Of a stretch of DNA of 14,431 nucleotides, positions 1-7,400 are shown piece after piece; position 1 is the first letter of the stretch; each line of letters starts with the position of its first letter. Both the position numbers and the translations under genes were made by a program. The stretch is from an uncultured Deferribacteres bacterium. Its GTDB lineage: Bacteria; Zhuqueibacterota; Zhuqueibacteria; Zhuqueibacterales; Geothermadaptataceae. Location: the NCBI GenBank assembly GCA_964014485.1, contig CAXHAT010000201.1:1-14431 (forward strand), in the 5' to 3' direction. Below the pieces are notes generated by a model. That model saw only the letters and a program-made list of their open reading frames with translations. It did no database searches and was not told where the DNA came from.

Positions 1-55
1 CGTTAGCTAAAGCATCGCCCTCGACATGCAATTTCTGATTGGGCGTTGTTGTGCC
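1..55. repeat. 55-bp exact direct duplicate of 261-315; probable assembly or chimeric-read artefact
   Basis: cgttagctaa...gggcgttgttgtgcc is identical at 1-55 and 261-315. It sits at the contig end and interrupts the S74 domain just after EDNGVDAESV. 55 is a commonly used assembler k-mer size. Confidence 0.8.
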
Positions 56-1398
56 ACCGACTCGGCGTCGACGCCGTTGTCTTCGCAAGTCACGATTTCG
101 GGAATGACCGCGCCGACCTCTTCGGCGATCAGGCCAATGTCGCGCTTGCCGGTTTTCTTCCAATCGTAGGTCACGCCGCGCAGTTGCCGGACGGTTTCCA
201 TTGCGTTGTCGATGGTTTGGATATTGGTTTTCCAGCGGCGGGAACTCGGAGTTGTGTGCGCGTTAGCTAAAGCATCGCCCTCGACATGCAATTTCTGATT
301 GGGCGTTGTTGTGCCGATACCGATTCTGCCTGTACCTGTGACAACAACTTTAGTATCACTGTCGGTTATAAGGTCTGGAATTCCAGCGGAGCGTATGCGT
401 AATACGATTCTTTGTAGATCTCCATCAAGCGTCATTGCTTGTTTTGAATCCCCGCCCCTCACATGAAGCCTGGTGACAGGATTCGTTATGCCGAAACCGA
501 CGTTGCCGGGCACCTCAAGCCTGGCGGCAGCGAGTGCTCCTTTTACATCGAGTGCATTGGTTGTAACTGTGCCGTTCACGTCTAATGCGGTGGCCGGGTC
601 GTTTTTATTAACGCCCACGCCGCCGGAAGCGCGGATGAGAAACTGATTCTCAGCAGTCGAGGTCATCGGGTTGTTGGGGTCGGTGACGTCTGACCAGACG
701 AACGCGCCGCGATGGGCGGCTCTGGCGTGATCGCCCAATGCGAAGCTGCGGTCGCCGGACGCATGGTTGTTTCGTCCCCCGATTGCAATCGATTTGGAAC
801 CGCTGGCCGTGTTGGAACTCCCCCCAAGGATGGCCGCCTGGCCGCCACTAGCAGTATTGCCAGATCCCCCGGTTACGCTCGCGAGGTAACCAGCCGTATT
901 ACTAAAGCCGCCGCATACTGCGCCGAAAGTCTGGGTAACGGTATTAGGAAGCCCTGTAGTCCCGCCGCCGCTAATGGTTGCACCATACATTCCTTCGGTG
1001 ACCGCGTTGCCGCTAAAACCGCCAATAAGATTGGGAGCTATCGTAAAATCCAGATCATCCTGAGCAAATTCTATCCGCAATCCTCGCGCATTATTTACGC
1101 GAAAATCCAGTGCGACATCGTCGGTCGTGCCAATGAAATGCGTACCTTCTACTGTTCCGGTATTGCCCGTCAGGCTCCAGCCGGATAAACTTCCATTGGT
1201 GAGCAACTGAGTGCCGTTCCAGTAGAGCGCGCCGCCGATGTTGTAGAGCTTGTTCGAAAAGCTCGCCGGAGCTGCGCCGAGGCCCATGAGGGTGAGCGAT
1301 CCGGCGGTTCCTTCGTCTTTCACTTCCATTTTGTCCTGCGCATTTGCGGCGGCGATTAGCAGGAACAGCGGCAAGAGCGTGCGGGCGAGTCGTTTCAT
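56..1398 (-). CDS. Secreted tail-fibre/adhesin-like protein with C-terminal peptidase S74 intramolecular chaperone domain (3' truncated)
   Basis: ATG at 1398 follows an AGGAG RBS (1406-1410). Signal peptide MKRLARTLLPLFLLIAAANAQ; WSLTGN..FIGTTD motif; Gly/Asn/Ser/Ala-rich GGxxNxASG repeats; GNVGFGITNP and GRIGIGTTTP repeats; S74-type SSRRWKTNI...LRGVTYDWK...DIGLIAEEVGAVIPEIV. The ORF-track tail AQQRPIRNCMSRAML comes from the duplicated end. Confidence 0.8.
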
Positions 1399-1419
1399 TT
1401 CAAATCTCCTTCTTTGTAA

Positions 1420-1559
1420 AAAATTCCAAATAGCAAACCTCAAGCTCCAAATAAATGCCAAGCCTCAATTTCCAATGATCGAAACCCGCCTGGCAGCTTG
1501 AAATTTGAGATATGTTCATTGAGATTTATTTGTATTTGGCGCTCGTGATTTGGGATTTT
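1420..1559. repeat. Imperfect ~65-bp inverted-repeat element with roughly 7-nt CAAAT periodicity
   Basis: Left arm aaattccaaatagcaaacctcaagctccaaataaat. Reverse complement of the right arm is aaatcccaaatcacgagcgccaaatacaaataaat. The right arm overlaps the last ~10 codons and the stop of the 1526-2599 gene. Confidence 0.65.
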
Positions 1560-2599
1560 GTATATGCAGTGACATGTTTGTCTTTCGGGATCAGCATGTA
1601 GGTAAAATTGTCCGTGCGGCAAATCGTTCTGCCGGCAACGGAAACCGCGCCTTTGACCACCACCATTTCCCCGCCGCGACGACGAATGATGCGCGCCGCT
1701 TCCACTTCAACGAAAAGTGGTTCATCGGGCGAAAAATAGAATTGGCTGTCGTACCAAGCGGCCTTGGAGCTGACTACTTCCGGCACGGCGTCCGGCTGCT
1801 CGGAAACGGATTTTGACAACACGATCCCCGCCTGCGCTAAAACGCGGCAGCAGTGCATCGGCCCCATCACTTTGTGATTATCGATATGGCCCGCCACAGT
1901 TTCATGCGGCATGTGCGCTTCAGCACGAAGTTTCGGATTGCCGTTTGGCGCCGCGCCCGTGAAAGCGCGCTCCAGAACGAAAAACGGCGCGGTTTGTACG
2001 GTGAGCTGTTCGGGATCAATTTGGTGGGCGTTTTCCAGTTCGATTTCGGCGGTTGCAAGCGGGCGGCGTTCGGTGCGCTTCCCCAACTCGGCGCGGTCGA
2101 CGAAATCGTATTGCCAGTTGCCGAAGCCAGCCAGAAGATTCTTGGTTTTGCCGGAAAAGAATTTTGTGTTGATGCGGCCGTTTTCCCGGTCGCCCCAAAT
2201 CCAGTAATCGCTTTTTGGGTCGAAGACTTCCATCGCATAGCCTTTGAGATTGGAAATTTCCTTGAGCAGCGGAATCGTTTCGCCGTTCAAGCCGCGGCTC
2301 TCCATCGCCAGCATGGCCGCGGCCTGATCCATCGCTTTGCCGGAATCGACCAGCGGGATGGTCGGTGCGGCGTCGTAATGACCGTCGCAGATATTTTCAG
2401 GGAAGGCAGCTTTGGCCAACAGCGCCGAAGGGCGGCCGTTTTGGTAATGCAGAAGTCCGGCTTCCAAAGCGAGATAAGGCGGTCGCTGCTTGATTTTTCG
2501 CATCACCTGATTCTGATCGATGAGCTTATAATTGTCCGCGCCGTTCGGCAGGCCGAGTGCTTCGGCGGCTTTGATCATCTCCCTCTTGTCCCACTGCAT
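1526..2599 (-). CDS. Tandem FabZ/FabA-like double hot-dog fold protein with atypical catalytic residues
   Basis: RBS TAAGGAG at 2606-2612. Both halves align by eye to FabZ (LPHRYPFLLVDR...GHFPxxPIMPGVLIIEAMAQ). Half 1: KQRPPYLALE...GHYDAAPTIPLVDSGKAMDQAAAML. Half 2: VQTAPFFVLER...GHIDNHKVMGPMHCCRVLAQAGIVL...SPDEPLFVEVE...RRGGEMVVVKGAVSVAGRTIC. Confidence 0.7.
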   Translation of the reverse strand: MQWDKREMIKAAEALGLPNGADNYKLIDQNQVMRKIKQRPPYLALEAGLLHYQNGRPSALLAKAAFPENICDGHYDAAPTIPLVDSGKAMDQAAAMLAMESRGLNGETIPLLKEISNLKGYAMEVFDPKSDYWIWGDRENGRINTKFFSGKTKNLLAGFGNWQYDFVDRAELGKRTERRPLATAEIELENAHQIDPEQLTVQTAPFFVLERAFTGAAPNGNPKLRAEAHMPHETVAGHIDNHKVMGPMHCCRVLAQAGIVLSKSVSEQPDAVPEVVSSKAAWYDSQFYFSPDEPLFVEVEAARIIRRRGGEMVVVKGAVSVAGRTICRTDNFTYMLIPKDKHVTAYTKSQITSAKYK

Positions 2600-2616
2600 T
2601 AGATTCTCCTTATTTC

Positions 2617-2681
2617 TTGACTGGATTCACAGGATCGACGGGATAAAGAGAAAATCCTGTGAATCTGGTCGATCCTGTCAA
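2617..2681. repeat. Nonamer-repeat palindromic element (3x ~ACAGGAT units facing 3x ~ATCCTGT units)
   Basis: ttgactggattcacaggatcgacgggat (2617-2644) faces atcctgtgaatctggtcgatcctgtcaa (2654-2681). gattcacaggat/atcctgtgaatc is a perfect 12-bp pair. Confidence 0.75.
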
Positions 2682-2697
2682 AAAAATTCTTTATTTC

Positions 2698-3408
2698 TCA
2701 AGTCTTGCCCGCGAAAAACGCGACGCTGCCGATTGTGCTGAGTTCGTATTCGTAAAAGTTGGCTTTCAGCACGCGCGCCAAATCGTCGATGTTGTCCCAA
2801 TGGTTGCAGAAAGCGCCTTTGGCGTTGTAGAGCAGCAACAGCGCTTCGGCCAGCAGGTTGTGCCGCACGCCCTGCCCCAAAATCGTCGTTCCGAAAACCA
2901 CGCCGCCCTTCGGATTGAGCATAGCTTTGAGATGATGGAACGCAGCGCCCTTGTTGTTCATGTTGCCGGGCAGACAATGCAGCACATAATTGATTGCGAT
3001 AGAATCGAACCCTGCCGGACGCACCCAAAACGGTTTAAGCACGTCAATGCTGTGAATCGACGGTCGGTAACGCCGCAAGCGTCGGGCGGTTTTTTCCAGG
3101 CTGATCGGGTTCAGGTCCGCCAGCGCTACGAGCGGCTTTTTCACGGGGAAGCGGCATTTATCGAGAAAATACCCTGTGCCGACGCCTACGTCGAGATGCT
3201 TGCCGGAAACGTGCTCGTTATAAAAGTCGAGAATTTTACGCGACGGACAGCGCCACGCCAGCCGGTTCGAGAAGCCAAGCACGAACAGATCATAGATCGA
3301 CAGCACGCGCTTGCTGAAAACCGCTGCGCCTGTTTCGGTTGTGTTGGCGCCCTTCCCTCGGTTTTGCATTTTGGTTGTCGCTGTTTGGTGCGTCAGATTT
3401 TCAATCAT
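2698..3408 (-). CDS. Class I SAM-dependent methyltransferase
   Basis: Motif I HLDVGVGTG, acidic motif ALADLN and FDSIAINYVLHCLPG. The N-terminal YDLFVLGFSNRLAWRCP recalls small-molecule/secondary-metabolite methyltransferases (from memory, not searched). The start could be a downstream Met. Confidence 0.9.
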   Translation of the reverse strand: MIENLTHQTATTKMQNRGKGANTTETGAAVFSKRVLSIYDLFVLGFSNRLAWRCPSRKILDFYNEHVSGKHLDVGVGTGYFLDKCRFPVKKPLVALADLNPISLEKTARRLRRYRPSIHSIDVLKPFWVRPAGFDSIAINYVLHCLPGNMNNKGAAFHHLKAMLNPKGGVVFGTTILGQGVRHNLLAEALLLLYNAKGAFCNHWDNIDDLARVLKANFYEYELSTIGSVAFFAGKT

Positions 3409-3435
3409 GGCTGCTCGCGCGGGTTGTTGTCTTGT

Positions 3436-3514
3436 CAGTGTTTAGTGATCAGTCAATAGTGATTCGTGCTCATTTGGAAACTGATGACTGATCACTGAAA
3501 ACTGGTCACTGATT
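3436..3514. repeat. Heptamer-repeat palindromic element (CAGTGAT-like x5 facing ACTGATC-like x5) in the methyltransferase leader
   Basis: cagtgtt tagtgat cagtcaa tagtgat tcgtgct ... actgatg actgatc actgaaa actggtc actgatt. Perfect 12-bp inverted pair at 3444-3455 and 3485-3496. Confidence 0.75.
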
Positions 3515-3526
3515 TTGCTGTGGGGA

Positions 3527-3632
3527 AAGATAGAAGAATGGGGCGGGCGATGCTTTGCCGTGCGCGACTTTGTCCGGGTTCAACGCGACAAGGGCTGGTT
3601 CAACACGACATTTTGCTGGTCGAACGCGACAT
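3527..3632 (-). promoter_or_regulatory. Activator-dependent promoter candidate: four direct repeats at 21/20/21-bp spacing upstream of a -10-like TATCTT
   Basis: CGAC cores start at 3565, 3586, 3606 and 3627 (gcgcgact, ggttcaacgcgaca, ggttcaacacgaca, ggtcgaacgcgaca). Minus-strand TATCTT at 3532-3527, with no good -35. A two-helical-turn period is typical of AraC/XylS half-sites. Confidence 0.6.
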
Positions 3633-3739
3633 GGTTGGATTTTTTGAGCTTGGGAAGGAAAGCGCGGGGATGAACCGTGTTCGATTCAGTTGTTATCCAT
3701 AGTTTAATTTGTAAACAATCAACTTGCAAAGGAAGGGAA

Positions 3740-3768
3740 TTGACTTTATCATGAAAACATGGTAAAAA
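3740..3768 (+). promoter_or_regulatory. Putative sigma70 promoter of the DUF4160/DUF2442 pair
   Basis: TTGACT (3740-3745), 17-bp spacer, TAAAAA (3763-3768), with an extended-10 TG at 3760-3761. Confidence 0.4.
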
Positions 3769-3809
3769 CCAGTTCATTTTCGTATTAAAGATTTCATCCT
3801 AACGTCAAC

Positions 3810-4079
3810 ATGCCAGAGCTTTCAAGATTTTACGGTATCATTATTTCCATGTTTGCCGAGGCGGGCGGCAAACATCATTTACCGCACTTTCACGCAACTT
3901 ACCAAGACAAGAGAGCATCATTCGGCATACGAGATATTGAAATTCTGGCAGGCGAACTACCTCGTCGACAGCAACGGATAGTACAAGCTTGGGCGGAAAT
4001 TCACAATGATGAACTCATGGCATGTTGGAACAGATTGCAGGCGGGTCATTCGGTAAAAAAAATTGAACCCCTGAAATAG
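3810..4079 (+). CDS. DUF4160 family protein (putative TA toxin component)
   Basis: 89 aa. MPELSRFYGIIISMF, HHLPHFHATY, GELP..Q.RIVQAWAEIH.DELMACW and KIEPLK are family signatures. Confidence 0.9.
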   Translation: MPELSRFYGIIISMFAEAGGKHHLPHFHATYQDKRASFGIRDIEILAGELPRRQQRIVQAWAEIHNDELMACWNRLQAGHSVKKIEPLK

Positions 4080-4092
4080 TGAGGCTTCTAAA

Positions 4093-4404
4093 ATGGGCTA
4101 TGAGATAACACATTCCGTTGTCGATTTTGAGATTCTTGGAGCATATACAATACGCGTTCATTTTGAAGACGGCGTTTCCAGAAACATCGATTTCAGCGAT
4201 GTTTTGGGCGGGGATGTGTTACGTCCTCTGCGCGATGATATTTTTTTCAAACAGGCGTCTATTAGTGAAGGCATTCCTACGCTCACTTGGCCCAATGGCG
4301 CAGACTTCAATCCGGATCACCTTTATGATTGGCGGCATTATAAACCGCTCTATATTGAGCGGGCTTCAAAATGGGAAAAGTCAAACTCGCCGATTTTGGC
4401 TTAA
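4093..4404 (+). CDS. DUF2442 family protein (putative partner/antitoxin)
   Basis: 103 aa, 13 bp downstream of the DUF4160 gene. YTIRVHFEDG, LRPLRD..FF and TLTWPNGADFNPDHLY motifs. Confidence 0.88.
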   Translation: MGYEITHSVVDFEILGAYTIRVHFEDGVSRNIDFSDVLGGDVLRPLRDDIFFKQASISEGIPTLTWPNGADFNPDHLYDWRHYKPLYIERASKWEKSNSPILA

Positions 4405-4405
4405 C

Positions 4406-7400
4406 TTACTCACTTTTCTTATTCGAAGCCACGGTGGACGGCGCTTGACCGAACTCGTTGCGGAACGCTTTGGAGAAAGCCGTGACATCGCCGTAACCGA
4501 CCTGGAAGGCGATCTCGGAAACCGTACCGGTTTTTTGTTCGAGCAGTTGTTTGGCGCGCTGCAAACGCATGCGGCGGATACATTGCATCGGCGAAGCGCC
4601 GGTCAACGCTTTGAGCTTGCGCTGCAACTGTCGTTTGCCCATGCCGCATTTCGCCGCCAGAACATCGACGTTAAAATCCTCGCTCGCCAAATTCTCTTCG
4701 ACAATTCCCTGAACTTTTTGCAAAAATTCCTGGTCCATCGACACCGCCTCAACGGACGACGGCGCGAGCACGGCCTTGACGCCGTTTTTTTCACGCAGCA
4801 ATCGCCGCATTTCGATCAGCTTGCGTACGCGAACGCGCAGTTCTTTGGTGCTGAACGGCTTGATGACGTAGGCGTCGACGCCGGTTTCCAACCCTTCGAG
4901 CTTTTCATCTTCGGCGGCTTTGGCCGTCAGCATGATGATCGGGATGTGGCTTGTGACCTGATCACCGCGCAGTATGCGCGCCAACTCATAGCCGTGGATT
5001 CTCGGCATCATGACGTCGCTGATAATGAGATCAGGAATATACTCCCGCGCCTTTTGAAAGCCGTCTTCGCCATCCTTCGCTTCGACAACGCGATAATCGT
5101 CTTCAAGCGTTTGTCGAACATAAGTTCGTACATCGGCGTTGTCTTCAACAATCAGGATGATTTCGGCGGTTGGCTTACGGCTGTTAGCTTTTGGCTGTTG
5201 GCCGTTGGCTGTCGGCAGTTCATCCGCAAACGCTGCAGACTGATCACTGATCACTGAATACTGATTACTATTTACCGAATACTCATCACTGATGATTGAA
5301 TCCTGAACGCCGACCGCAGGCAGTTGAACAACGAAGGTCGCGCCAAAGCCTTCGCTGCTCTCCGCCGAAATAGTTCCGCCGTGCAGTTCGACCAATTCTT
5401 TGGTCAGCGCCAACCCGACGCCCGTCCCTTCATGCCCCGTTGGATAATTGTAATCATTCGATATACGACTTTTATCACCAATGCTATCCAACGGGGCAGG
5501 CTCGCGCGTCTTAGCGCTGTCAACCTGATAAAACCTGTCAAAAATATGCGGCAGCCGATCTTGCGGTATGCCGATTCCGCTGTCGCGGACAGTGATCTGT
5601 AAGCTGTGAACTGTAAACTGATGATCAGTGGATTTCAGTGTACTGTTTACAGTTAACAGTACACTGATCTTCCCTTTTTCCGGCGTGAACTTCAGCGCGT
5701 TGGAAAGCAGATTGTACATGATTTTCTCGATCTTGTCCTGCTCAAAATTAACGATGACGCCTTCATGCTCGCTGTCAAAACGCAGATCGATTTTCTTTTG
5801 CAAGGCCAACGATTCGAACGAGTAAGTCAGGCTTTTAATCAGCGGGACGATGTTTCCCGGCTTGGCGTTGAGCGTCATGCCCCCCGCTTCAAGCTTGGAG
5901 AGATCGAGCAGTTGATTGATCAAGCGCAGCAAACTTTTCGCGTTCCGAAACGCCATCTGCAATTTCGACTGCCGCGATTTGTCCTTTTCGCCAGGTAAAA
6001 GACTCTCAGTCTGTCCCAAAATCAAGGTCAGCGGCGTGCGGATTTCGTGAGAAATATTGGTAAAAAAAGTGGACTTGAGATGATCGACTTCCTGCAATTT
6101 TTGCGCTTCGATCCGTCTGAGATGGGCGGCGTGCTTGTGTTTCTGGCGATTGGTTTCGTAGCGCCATAAAAGACTCAGTCCAAACAAAAAACTCAGTCCG
6201 TAAAAAAAGTAGGCCCACCATGTCCGCCACCAGGGCGGCAGGATGACGATTTTGAGCAAAGCGCCCGTTTCGTTCCAAACGCCGTCGTTGTTGCTTCCTT
6301 TTACGCGAAAAATGTATTCGCCCGGCTCCAGCCCGGCAAAAGTCACACGCCGATCCGTTGACGGCGGACTCCAGTCGTTATGCAGGTTTTCTAGCTTGTA
6401 GGAATAGAGATTTTTGGCGGGATTGGAATAATCGAGCGCCGCAAATTCGAAAGTGACGACATTCTCATTATAAGGCAGCGCCAATTGACCGTTTCTACTC
6501 AGTCGTGCGCCCCAGGGAAGCTCCGAATCAGCATTGGTTGCTGAGCCGTGGGTTTCGACCTTCGTGATCACCATCGGCGGGACGTGTTGATTATCCCGCA
6601 CGCTGTCAGGATGGAACCAGGTAAAGCCGTTAACGCCGCCAAAAAACATTTCGCCGCGACTGTTCTTGATGTAAGCGTTGGAGTTAAATTCATTGCCTTG
6701 CAAGCCGTCATCAACATTATAGTTTTTGACGCGAATAATGTCACGCGTCTTCGAATCGAGGTCAACTTTCGACATTCCGCCGTTGCTGCTAAGCCACAGA
6801 TTGCCGTGATCATCAGCCAAAATACCGTAAATAACGTCATCCGCGAGACCTTGCTCTGTAGTAAAATGGCTGAACGTTTCGTTTCGGATATCCATGCGAT
6901 TCAAACCGCCGCCGTTCGTGCCAATCCACAGAAACCGATCCGGCGCCTGAGGATCGACCAACAGGCATTTGAGGCGGTCACGATTGAGGCCGTCCTGGTT
7001 CTTCACATCTTGCCAATACCATTGGGCTGTAGTATCCGGAAGCATGACCCGGATCAAGCCGCTCGAAACTGTCCTTCTGAACCAGAACGCGCCCAAGTCG
7101 TCCCGAATCATGTTGCCGACAGAACTGTGTGTACCAAGTTCAGTTGGGGACGTATCGATCGTATAGGTTTTTGTTTGCTCTGTTTCCTCATGCCAAAAGT
7201 GTAAAAAAAAGTGATTTGCCGCTTTGCCGTCGCCGGAGACAGGTCTGGTGACAAACCACACTCCGTCTTGATCTTCGATGATTTGAAACCATAAGATGAA
7301 TTTTTCAGGATGCTCTTGATCCGGAAAAATTGTTTTCTGGCGATTGAAGAGAGAATCCATCAGGAAGAGACCATTTGTGGCCGAAATTTCGTTCGGCGCT

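Noticed and set aside
1..1398. Prophage tail gene or att-site duplication
   Set aside because: The protein has a signal peptide, no phage or integrase genes are present, and the repeat is internal to the gene at the contig edge.
1399..1461. N-terminal extension of the 484-aa ORF
   Set aside because: It derives largely from the palindromic element. The RBS and signal peptide support a start at 1398.
1853..3459. Plus-strand ORFs 1853-2602 and 2659-3459
   Set aside because: Antisense shadows of the double-FabZ and methyltransferase genes.
3561..3632. Possible mini CRISPR array
   Set aside because: The period is only 20-21 bp with degenerate ~14-bp units, there are no spacer-length unique sequences and no cas genes. 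It fits a transcription-factor operator better.
4118..5257. 379-aa plus-strand ORF
   Set aside because: Antisense shadow of the sensor kinase that also overlaps DUF2442 out of frame, with no recognisable motifs.
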